Shown here: in pieces, positions 25,717 to 33,779 of the stretch
Layout: the number at the start of each line of letters is the position of its first letter
Position numbering within the stretch: position 1 is the first letter of the stretch
Virus record (IMG/VR): IMGVR_UViG_3300037755_000726
Span: 1-34,160 of that record
Length of the DNA stretch: 34,160 nt
Strand: one strand, 5' to 3'
Source: a virus
Lineage: Duplodnaviria > Caudoviricetes
Translations under genes and position numbers: made by a program
The notes under the pieces: model-generated
The model's input: only the letters and a program-made list of their open reading frames with translations
Databases searched by the model: none
Told to the model about the DNA's origin: nothing

Positions 25717-26124
25717 ATGGCAGTAGATTCACGCCTGAAACGATTCACCATGATGCAGATGGCTGGCGAGTGCTGTGGCATTCCTCCTATGGTCCGGTTC
25801 ACGACTGGCCCGCTAGGCCCCGCTGCGCGCCTTATGGCCCTGTGGCTCTACACAGGCATCGCGGCCGATCCGCCGGCGGAGGAGGACGACGCGTCCGCAG
25901 CGCGCCGAATGCGCCAGATGCGGGCGATCTTGAACAAGAGGAACCGCAGGCGGTATAATCGCTGCACTCCTAGGGCCATCGGACAGACCGAGCCCCGGCA
26001 AGGCGGATCCCCGCCGGCCGGGGCTTTTGCTTTGAGGCGACCATGGGCACTGCTACGCAACCTACTGACTACTCGGATTTATACACCGATTTGCAGAATC
26101 GCATCCGCCAGCAGACCGGCGTGA
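25717..26124 (+). CDS. Small virion-associated protein (true C-terminus uncertain)
   Basis: MAVDSRLKR...WLYTGIAA looks protein-like up to RNRRR (~25953); the remainder crosses element copy 2 and overlaps the next gene by 82 nt. Confidence 0.55.
   Translation: MAVDSRLKRFTMMQMAGECCGIPPMVRFTTGPLGPAARLMALWLYTGIAADPPAEEDDASAARRMRQMRAILNKRNRRRYNRCTPRAIGQTEPRQGGSPPAGAFALRRPWALLRNLLTTRIYTPICRIASASRPA
25930..25959 (+). promoter_or_regulatory. Candidate sigma70 promoter TTGAAC-N18-TATAAT
   Basis: Perfect -10 box in GC-rich DNA, 12 nt upstream of element copy 2. Confidence 0.45.
25972..26033 (+). terminator. Antiterminator/terminator element, copy 2
   Basis: AGGGCCAT CGG ACAGA CCG AGCCC overlapping AGCCCCGGC-AA-GGCGG-ATCC-CCGCC-G-GCCGGGGCT followed by TTTGCTTT. 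Confidence 0.8.
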
Positions 26125-27065
26125 CTGCGACCCAGAATATCGCCAAAAGGGCCATCAATACCGCCCTGCACGACATGCATATCGGCTTCTCCGAGAAGCT
26201 GCCCTGGGCTGAGCGGACTGCCGAACTTGTTACGCAGCCGGAATATACGACCGGCACCGTGACGATCACGCAAGGGTCCACGACCCTGACCGGCACAGAT
26301 ACGCTGTGGGACACGGCCAACGCCTTCGGGGTGGACAACGTGCGCGTCGGCGGCAAGCTGGTCCTCGCCGGCGGCAAGGAGGTCTACGAGGTCTCCGCGG
26401 TAGCCAGCGACACCTCTCTGACACTCGCCACCCGCTACATCGGCGAGGACTTGGCGGCCGAGACCTACGTCTACTTCGAGGACGAATACGCGCTGGCGAG
26501 CGACTTCCTGCGCCCCGTCTCCTTCCGGTCCTTCGACATAAACAACGAGGTGGAGCTGATCGGGCGGACCGAGTTCCGCATGCGCTACCCGCGCAACAAG
26601 ACCACCGGCAAGCCCCGCGTCGCCACCCTGCTGGACAAGCCATTTTCCGGCAGCACCACGCCTGTCAGGAAAGTGCAGCTTCACCAGCCGCCCAATCAGG
26701 CCTTCATCCTGCCCTACGCCTACATCACGTCCAACCTGGCCGTCACGGCGGCCGGCGCCGCGGCGACGCAGCTGGTCAACGACACCGACGAACCAATCGT
26801 GCCGCTGCGCGCGCGGCATGCCATTGTGTACCACGCCCTCTACCACCACTACCGCGACCTGAAAGACGACACCCGCTCGCAGGAAGCCAAGGCGGAGTAT
26901 ACCGACATCATCACGCGCCTCGTCGGCGACCAGGAGATCGGCACCAGCCGGCCGCAGATCCGGCCCCGCGTCGGGCCCTACGCGAGGAGAGCCAAGGAGC
27001 CCTATGGGCGCAGGGGTGGGCGGCGCTTCATCACTGGAGATGCCTTCGACGAGAACCGCGACTGA
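26043..27065 (+). CDS. Head-to-tail adaptor (tail tubular A/P22 gp4-like) with inserted beta domain
   Basis: YSDLYTDLQNRI...AKRAINTALHDM...LPWAE, EYALASDF, DEPIVP...HAIVYHAL; insertion YTTGTVTITQGSTTLTGTDTLW. Confidence 0.7.
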   Translation: MGTATQPTDYSDLYTDLQNRIRQQTGVTATQNIAKRAINTALHDMHIGFSEKLPWAERTAELVTQPEYTTGTVTITQGSTTLTGTDTLWDTANAFGVDNVRVGGKLVLAGGKEVYEVSAVASDTSLTLATRYIGEDLAAETYVYFEDEYALASDFLRPVSFRSFDINNEVELIGRTEFRMRYPRNKTTGKPRVATLLDKPFSGSTTPVRKVQLHQPPNQAFILPYAYITSNLAVTAAGAAATQLVNDTDEPIVPLRARHAIVYHALYHHYRDLKDDTRSQEAKAEYTDIITRLVGDQEIGTSRPQIRPRVGPYARRAKEPYGRRGGRRFITGDAFDENRD

Positions 27066-28663
27066 TGGCCACTAAAGAACGCTTCGTCCAGCATCTCTTT
27101 GCCGGCGGATGGGCTACCGATTTCGGCGTTACTGCTTCGGTTCCATTCGAGGACGTGGTGCAGATCCCCTACCTGATCGACGCGGAAAACGTTCTCTACG
27201 AGCTGAACGGCGGCCCGCACAAGATGCCGGGAACGTCGCTTCTGGGCGTGGTTGATGATGTTGATCAGCCGGCCAATCCGATGAAAGGACTGTTCGATTT
27301 CTGGGTTACGGGCACGGCTGGCGCACCAACGCAACATCGCGTCGGCCACGTCGACACTCTAATTTTCAGGGACGACGCGGACGGCACCTTCACCAGCCTG
27401 TTCACCGGCCTTGAGGCAGGCCGGGTGCCCTCCTACGCGGTGTTGGAAGACGTGCTGGTGATCGCAAGCGACAGCACGTCGGATGTGCCGAGATCCTGGG
27501 ACGGGTCGACGGCGCAGAATCTGGCCGGCTCGCCGCCCAATTTCGCCTTCTCGGAGGCGCACAAGAACCGCATGTGGGCGTCGGGCGACGTGACCAATCC
27601 GTCCCGGCTGTACTACTCGGCACTGCTCGACCCGGAGGACTGGACGGGGTCAGGGTCGGGATCGATCGATATCGACCCGTCGGACGGCGACAGCATCACG
27701 GGCATTGCCTCGCACCTGAACGAGCTCTGGGTGTTCAAGGGACCCTACAAGGGATCGATCCATCGCATCGTCGGCTCCTCGCCTACTGGCGACGACGCCT
27801 TCGCGCGCGTGACGTTTACAAACGGCGTCGGCGCGGTGGGGCACAACACAATATTCCGCTTCGGCAACGACTTGGGCTTCATGTGGTCGGACGGCTCGAT
27901 CCGCAGCCTGTCGGCGACAGAGAAATTCGGCGATTTCTCCGAGGCGGCACTGTCGCGGCCGATAAACATTGGCTTCATCGACGCGAGAGTGAACCTCTCG
28001 CGACTGAAGCACGCCTGGGCGGCGGTTGACGACATTCGCGGAGTAGCTGTTTTCGCCATCCCGATCGATGCGGCGACCAATCCGAATGCCGTTATAGCGA
28101 TGGACTATCGGTTTGCTCCGCCGCGGTGGTCGTTCCTGTCGGACTTTGACGAAGTAACGGCCATGGCCTCAGTGGTGGACCAGACCAACAATGGCCGGCG
28201 CATTATCTTGATGGGCGGGAAGCAAGTAGACACTAGCCCGGCGGTGCACAAATGGGGTCAGCCAACGCGCTCGCTGGACGGAACCGCTATCTCGTTCAAG
28301 GTCACCACCCCGCACATGAATTACGGCCTGCCGGCCCACATGAAGACCATCACGGCGGCCTCGCTCGGCCTGGCGCCCAAGTCCGACGACACGGTCACTT
28401 TTGGCTGGCAGCGCGACAACTTTGCGCAGCAGACCGAGACCGTCACGCAGGGCGGCGGCGGAGCGGCGCTGGATTCCTTCATCCTCGATACCGACGTGCT
28501 TGGCGGCGCGAGCTTCGTTGACCGCTTTATGGAGCTGGTCGAGGGCGACGAGTTCCGCAGCGTGCGGTATCAGGTCACCCACTCGGCCAACAATGCCGAT
28601 CTCGAGCTTCATTCCATCGGCGCGCTGCTGAAGCTGCCCGGCCCGATTTCCCTGGAGAACTGA
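27065..28663 (+). CDS. Tail nozzle/stabilisation protein (tail tubular B/P22 gp10-like), 532 aa
   Basis: TGATG overlap; FAGGW, AHKNRMWASG...SRLYYSALLDPEDW, DGDSITGI, LWVFK, GVGAVGHNTI beta-propeller motifs. Confidence 0.8.
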   Translation: MATKERFVQHLFAGGWATDFGVTASVPFEDVVQIPYLIDAENVLYELNGGPHKMPGTSLLGVVDDVDQPANPMKGLFDFWVTGTAGAPTQHRVGHVDTLIFRDDADGTFTSLFTGLEAGRVPSYAVLEDVLVIASDSTSDVPRSWDGSTAQNLAGSPPNFAFSEAHKNRMWASGDVTNPSRLYYSALLDPEDWTGSGSGSIDIDPSDGDSITGIASHLNELWVFKGPYKGSIHRIVGSSPTGDDAFARVTFTNGVGAVGHNTIFRFGNDLGFMWSDGSIRSLSATEKFGDFSEAALSRPINIGFIDARVNLSRLKHAWAAVDDIRGVAVFAIPIDAATNPNAVIAMDYRFAPPRWSFLSDFDEVTAMASVVDQTNNGRRIILMGGKQVDTSPAVHKWGQPTRSLDGTAISFKVTTPHMNYGLPAHMKTITAASLGLAPKSDDTVTFGWQRDNFAQQTETVTQGGGGAALDSFILDTDVLGGASFVDRFMELVEGDEFRSVRYQVTHSANNADLELHSIGALLKLPGPISLEN

Positions 28664-28665
28664 CG

Positions 28666-30342
28666 ATGAACCGCAAGACCCTGGCCTACCTGCTGATCAT
28701 CATCGCCCTCGCGGTCACCTGGCAGGCGCCGCAGCTTGGCGCCGCGGTGTCGCGCCTGAAGACCTGGGCGTCCGGCGAGACGCTGACCGCCTCCGACCTC
28801 AATGCCGAGTTCAACAACGTCCTGAACAACGGCGAGGATCTGGGCTGGCCGGCAACCAAGGCCAAGGACATGGACGCCAAGCAGATATTGCTGGACGGCG
28901 ACCAGGACACGCACGTTCAGGCCAACACCGACGACCGGATCGATTTCGCGGTCGGCGGCTTCGATGGGCTGCGGATCGACGGCACGACGGCATCGAGCGT
29001 CAACGGCTTCGATCTCCAGACTCAGTCGACCGGCGTAGCGCCACAGATCGAGGCGCGCGGCGAGGCCAACATCGGGATTGAGATCCACGACAGCAACGGA
29101 AATGAAATGCTGTCGCTGACGGCCGTGGCGAGCGCGGTCAACGAGCTTCTCATCACCAACGCGGCGACCGGCAATGCACCGATTCTGCGCTCGATCGGCG
29201 AGGCCAATATCGGCTTCACGCTGTCGGACAGCAACAGCAACGAGGTTGTAACCGGCGCGTCGGTGGCCTCGGCGGTCAACCAGATCCGCATCGGCAATTC
29301 GATCACCGCGGTGGCGCCGTTCATCGAGTCGGATGGCGAGTCGAACATCGGTTTCCAGCTGCGCGACAGCAATTCGAATGAGGTCCTTATCGGCGCGTCC
29401 ACCGCCTCGGCGATCAACGAGGTGACGATCACCAACGCGGCAATAGGAACCGCCCCTTTGATCTCTGCGACGGGCGGGGATACCGACGTTTCAATCGAGG
29501 TGCGCTCGAAGGGGGACGGGGACATCAACCTGGCGCCGCAGGGCGTCGGACAAGTCCAGTTCAACGGGATCGATCTGGCGACCGTCATGCGCGGCCATAT
29601 CGCCGGCATGACCCTGTCCAACAACGGCGTTGACGCGGCTCACGACATCGACATCGCGGTGGGGGTGGCGACGGCGGATGACCAGTCGGCCATGATCGTG
29701 ATTGCTACTGCGCTCACCAAGCAGATCGATGCTGCCTGGGCCGTGGGCGACGACGCGGGTTGCCTGGACGGGACCGAGAGCGTCGGCGGCACGCCCGATG
29801 CGGACACGTGGTATCACGTCTATTCGATCCGGCGCTCGGACACCAACGTGCGCGACATTCTGTGCTCGGAAAACGCCTCCGCCCCGACCCTGCCGACCAA
29901 CTACGACCAGCAGCGCCGCATCGGCGCCGTGCTGACGGATGGCAGTGCCAACATTCTCGGCTTTTCTCAGGTCGGCGACGAATTCCTGTGGGACGCCCCG
30001 ATGCAAGACGTAGACAGTGCCAACCCGGGCACTGCCGCTGTGCTATCGACATTGAGTGTCCCTACGGGAATCCAGGTCTATGCGAATTTGGTCTTCACCC
30101 TGTTCGATCTCACGCCCGTCGCCAGCACCAACGGCATAATGACCTCCCCCGACCAGACAGACACGGACCCCAATACGATTCCTGAGATCTTTATTACTGC
30201 GGACGGCGAACAAGCCTTTCTCGCACGTCTCGCGAGAACCAACACGAGCGGTCAAGTTAGATTCCGCATATCAAATTCAGACGCCGGCGTCACCGTGCGG
30301 ATTGTCACGCATGGCTGGACAGACCCGAGGGGCAAGGAGTGA
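28666..30342 (+). CDS. Tail fibre-like protein with N-terminal signal-peptide-like segment and three 46-aa repeats
   Basis: MNRKTLAYLLIIIALAVTWQAPQLGA then RLKTWASGETLTASDLNAEFNN; GExNIG repeats at 29059, 29197, 29335 (138-nt period); C-terminal DTWYHVY...PTLPTNY..RRIGAVLTD. Confidence 0.75.
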   Translation: MNRKTLAYLLIIIALAVTWQAPQLGAAVSRLKTWASGETLTASDLNAEFNNVLNNGEDLGWPATKAKDMDAKQILLDGDQDTHVQANTDDRIDFAVGGFDGLRIDGTTASSVNGFDLQTQSTGVAPQIEARGEANIGIEIHDSNGNEMLSLTAVASAVNELLITNAATGNAPILRSIGEANIGFTLSDSNSNEVVTGASVASAVNQIRIGNSITAVAPFIESDGESNIGFQLRDSNSNEVLIGASTASAINEVTITNAAIGTAPLISATGGDTDVSIEVRSKGDGDINLAPQGVGQVQFNGIDLATVMRGHIAGMTLSNNGVDAAHDIDIAVGVATADDQSAMIVIATALTKQIDAAWAVGDDAGCLDGTESVGGTPDADTWYHVYSIRRSDTNVRDILCSENASAPTLPTNYDQQRRIGAVLTDGSANILGFSQVGDEFLWDAPMQDVDSANPGTAAVLSTLSVPTGIQVYANLVFTLFDLTPVASTNGIMTSPDQTDTDPNTIPEIFITADGEQAFLARLARTNTSGQVRFRISNSDAGVTVRIVTHGWTDPRGKE

Positions 30343-30344
30343 CG

Positions 30345-30743
30345 ATGGCAGCGGTCCGGCTCGCCACCAACGCCGATGGGCCGCGCATCGGCGAGCTGCT
30401 GACCGGCATGGGATTTAGAGACGCTCTAGACTGGTCGGACATTGCGCCCTACTGGCTGGTCGCGGAGGAGGAGGGGCGCATTATCGGGGCTGTGCAGACC
30501 GTGCTGGGAAAGCCGGTAGGTTGGATGGAGCTGCTCTCCATCGATCCGGGCCTCTCGCACAAGCGCAAGGCCATGGTGGTCAGGGCCTTGATCTATCGGG
30601 GGATGGCGCTCCTGCAGGGGGCGGGGGCGCAGATGGTCATGTTCTCGGTCCCCCACGAGCTGCGCAGCTACCGGGCCGTGCTGGAGCGCCGCGGCGGGGT
30701 TGTGGTCGGCGCTGGCAATATCATGGCAAAGCGGCTAATCTAG
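30345..30743 (+). CDS. GNAT-fold protein
   Basis: VRLATNADGPRIGELL, WLVAEEEGRIIGAV, LSIDP; lies between fibre and ejection genes. Confidence 0.7.
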   Translation: MAAVRLATNADGPRIGELLTGMGFRDALDWSDIAPYWLVAEEEGRIIGAVQTVLGKPVGWMELLSIDPGLSHKRKAMVVRALIYRGMALLQGAGAQMVMFSVPHELRSYRAVLERRGGVVVGAGNIMAKRLI

Positions 30744-30752
30744 CCGCGACAG

Positions 30753-30812
30753 AGGGTCATCTGGCATTCAGAGCCCGCCTCCCCATCCCCGGGGCGGCGG
30801 GCTTTTTGCGTT
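30753..30812 (+). terminator. Antiterminator/terminator element, copy 3
   Basis: AGGGTCAT CTG GCATT CAG AGCCC overlapping AGCCCGCC-T-CCCC-ATCCCC-GGGG-C-GGCGGGCT followed by TTTTGCGTT. Confidence 0.8.
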
Positions 30813-30823
30813 GGAGACGCCAA

Positions 30824-31996
30824 GTGAGCAGCAAGACCGAGGTCAAGACGCCGGCACCGACCGCGCAGGAGATCGCGCTCCAGCAGAAGCAGGTCGAGTT
30901 GGCCGAATTCCAGCTGGAGGAGCTGAAGCGCCAGCGCACCCAGCAGGAGCTTTTCGCCAAGGAGCTCGAGCCGCTCCTCAAGAGCCAGACGGAAGCGGCC
31001 CAAAAGGCGCAGGCGCAGCAGGACAAGATGGCGCCTATCCAGGAGGAGCTGCTGAACCTCGCCCTGGAGGACTTGCGCCGCGGCGGCAAGGCGACCCCGG
31101 AGCAGATCGAGCTGATCGGCCAGGCGACCGAGCAGGCCATCGCGGCAGGCTCCACCGATATCGAGCGGTTCCAGACCGACTCGCTGCAGCGCATCCGCGA
31201 CGAGCTGGCGCCCTCGCTGGGCCTCCGGCCGACCGATACGCCGATCCTGGACCGGGCCGGCCGGGTGGGCGCGGAGGCGGTGCGGCAGGGCGGCCAGCTG
31301 ACCGCCGGGCTGCGCTCGGCCCAGGCGCAGGCGGAGCTGAACTTCCCCCTGGCCCAGTCTTCGCTGCTTCAGCAGTCGGCCCTCGGCCAGCAGAACATCC
31401 TGGAGGCCACGCGGCAGTTCCAGGACCAGCTGCGCGGCCAGGCCTTCAACAACCGCCTCAACATGGCATCCACCCTCGGCGGGCTGGGCCTGCAGCTGGC
31501 CGGAAACCCGGCGGCGACGCTCTCGAGCGCGATCAACCCGATGGCGCAGACCCGGCTGGCCAACACCACGACGACGCAGGGCGGCTTCGGATTGAGCCAG
31601 TTCGCTCAGGGCCTCGGCGGGGCCGGCGGCCTGCTGACCGGCCTGAGCGCCACCGGAATTTTCTCTTCCCGCGACTACAAGACCGACAAGGCGCCGGTAT
31701 CGGAGGAGCGCATCCTGGACGCGGTGGAGCGCCTGCCGGTGGAGACCTGGCGCTACAAGGGCGACGACCGCATGCACGTCGGCACCTACGCGGAGGACTT
31801 CCAGGAGACCTTCGGCCTGGGCGACGGGCGGACCATCGACCTGATCGACGCCCTGGGGGTGATGACCGCCTCGGTTAAGGCGCTGGGCCGCAAGGTGAAG
31901 CGGCTGGAGGCGGCCGGCTTCGGGCTCAATGACAATGAGATTGAGTCCGACCAGGAAGAGGCCCGGGGCAGCGGCTTTGGACTGCGGGCCGCCTAG
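30824..31996 (+). CDS. Internal virion/ejection protein with C-terminal peptidase S74-like chaperone domain
   Basis: GTG after GGAG; Q/A/L-rich helical body; SSRDYKTD...LPVETWRYKG...HVGTYAEDF...G...ID.IDALGV..ASVKAL. Confidence 0.75.
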   Translation: MSSKTEVKTPAPTAQEIALQQKQVELAEFQLEELKRQRTQQELFAKELEPLLKSQTEAAQKAQAQQDKMAPIQEELLNLALEDLRRGGKATPEQIELIGQATEQAIAAGSTDIERFQTDSLQRIRDELAPSLGLRPTDTPILDRAGRVGAEAVRQGGQLTAGLRSAQAQAELNFPLAQSSLLQQSALGQQNILEATRQFQDQLRGQAFNNRLNMASTLGGLGLQLAGNPAATLSSAINPMAQTRLANTTTTQGGFGLSQFAQGLGGAGGLLTGLSATGIFSSRDYKTDKAPVSEERILDAVERLPVETWRYKGDDRMHVGTYAEDFQETFGLGDGRTIDLIDALGVMTASVKALGRKVKRLEAAGFGLNDNEIESDQEEARGSGFGLRAA

Positions 31997-32196
31997 GCGA
32001 AGGCGAAATGGAAGATGGCCGGAAAGACCAGGAAGATCACCAGGAAGGCGATGTGCTGACCGCGGGTGAAGGGCGGCCAGCGCTCGGCGGCAATCGCGAC
32101 GAAGGGCGCGGCCAGGATCGCGAAGGCGATGCGCAGCGCCAACCAGCCGAGGAAGACGGCGACGGTGCCGAGGACGATGGTCAGTAGAACGGTCAT
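31993..32196 (-). CDS. 67-aa multi-TM membrane protein, antisense to the late operon
   Basis: MTVLLTIVLGTVAVFLGWLALRIAFAILAAPFVAIAAERWPPFTRGQHIAFLVIFLVFPAIFHFAFA; shares a CTAG stop overlap with the upstream gene; fills the gap. Confidence 0.65.
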   Translation of the reverse strand: MTVLLTIVLGTVAVFLGWLALRIAFAILAAPFVAIAAERWPPFTRGQHIAFLVIFLVFPAIFHFAFA

Positions 32197-32222
32197 GGAT
32201 TGAAGATAGGACGGACGGGACA

Positions 32223-33779
32223 ATGGCACAAGTGGGCTTCGGCCTCTCTACCCCCAACGCGCTGCCGAGCGAGTCGTCCTTCTTCGGCCTGACCAGCGGA
32301 TCTGTGGCCGCTCCCGCGGCGCCCATGGCTGCCCCTGGAGCTCCACAGGCGGCGATTCCAGCTCCCCCGCCCCCCGCCCTGCCTGCGGCCACTCCAGCGC
32401 CCCAGCAGGCTGCCCCGGCGGCCCAGCCACGGCAGAAGCCCCTCATAGACTTTGACGAAAATCCCATCGGGGCTATCGGGATGATCCTGCAGGAGGTCAG
32501 CGCCGGCATGCTCGGCACCGAGGGGCCGATCGAAAAGAAGCGCAAGGCAGCCATCGAGCAGCAGGCGATGAAGCTGCGCATGACGGCTGCCACGGTCCAG
32601 GCGGTGGCGGCCTTCGGCGAGCTGTCGAAGAACGTCCCGGCCGGCAAGATGGATGAGGCTATCAGCCAGTTCGAGGCGACGGTAGGCCTGCCCGGCGTCG
32701 GCGACCTGCTGCGGGCCACGAAGTCCAAGGGTGTCGACGTTGGCGAGCTCTCCGGCTGGCTGGCAGAGGTGCCCGAGGCGGGGCCGTTCCTCTCCTCCAT
32801 GCTCCAGGCCGGCCTGATGACCCCGGAGGATGCGGTCGACTTCACCACCGAGTTCCTGGGGGACCGGCTGAAGGCGCGCACCGCGGTCGAGACGGCCGTG
32901 GTGACTCAGCAGGCGCTCATCCCCGGCAAGGTCGACGAGGCCGCCGCATTGGCCGCCATCAAGACGCCAGAGCCGACCGCGCTGCAGCAGGATTTGGAGG
33001 CGGCAGGCCTCGAGCCCGGCTCGCCCGCATTCCGGGCCGCAATCCTGGCGTCGCGCACCAAGCCGCAGGTGAGCATCCGCGAGGGCAAGCCCTTCGGCCA
33101 GGCCAAGGCGGAGGAGCGCCAGAGCGCCGCCATCGAGACCATCGGCATGGCTGCCGGGACCAAGGTGGCGACGCAGTCCATGGCCGAGCTGCTGGCCGCC
33201 GGGGTGGATACCGGCGCGACGCAGGGCGGGCGGATGCTGCTGAAGGCCTTCGCGGCCGACGTTGGCATGGACATCGACGCCGACGCGCTCGGCAAGCAGG
33301 AGGAATTCGACCGCCTGTCGAAGGACATCACGCTCAATTCGATGCAGCGCTTCAAGGGCGCCATGTCGGAGCGTGAGCTGGACTTCGGCGTCAACACGGT
33401 GGCGAACATCGGCAAGTCGGAGGAGGGCAACATCCGCGGCCTTGCAGCGCTCAGGGCCGGCTCAGAAATCGCGCTGGAGAACGCCGGCCGGCTGGCGGAG
33501 GCGGGCAGCGCCGAAGAGGTGCGCAAGGTCGAGATAGAGATCGCCAAGCGCAGCGCGGACCACATCAAGGCGCGCACGGCGGAGATTGAGACCGAGATTC
33601 GCGCACAGATCGCGGCCGCGCGCGCCGGGGTTTCCGCGGTGACGGTAGATAGCGTGAATGCCATGGACCCCGCCGAGCTGCGCTCCATGGCCAACCGCCT
33701 GGGTAATGACGGCCTCGCCAAGCTGGGCCAGGACGTGCTCCAGGCGATTATCGAAAAGCTGGATGAGCCGCCCCAATGA
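32223..33779 (+). CDS. Internal virion/ejection protein (P22 gp20-like position)
   Basis: Pro/Ala-rich N-terminus; helical; FKGAMSERELDF..ANIGKSEEGN motif typical of podovirus ejection proteins. Confidence 0.65.
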   Translation: MAQVGFGLSTPNALPSESSFFGLTSGSVAAPAAPMAAPGAPQAAIPAPPPPALPAATPAPQQAAPAAQPRQKPLIDFDENPIGAIGMILQEVSAGMLGTEGPIEKKRKAAIEQQAMKLRMTAATVQAVAAFGELSKNVPAGKMDEAISQFEATVGLPGVGDLLRATKSKGVDVGELSGWLAEVPEAGPFLSSMLQAGLMTPEDAVDFTTEFLGDRLKARTAVETAVVTQQALIPGKVDEAAALAAIKTPEPTALQQDLEAAGLEPGSPAFRAAILASRTKPQVSIREGKPFGQAKAEERQSAAIETIGMAAGTKVATQSMAELLAAGVDTGATQGGRMLLKAFAADVGMDIDADALGKQEEFDRLSKDITLNSMQRFKGAMSERELDFGVNTVANIGKSEEGNIRGLAALRAGSEIALENAGRLAEAGSAEEVRKVEIEIAKRSADHIKARTAEIETEIRAQIAAARAGVSAVTVDSVNAMDPAELRSMANRLGNDGLAKLGQDVLQAIIEKLDEPPQ

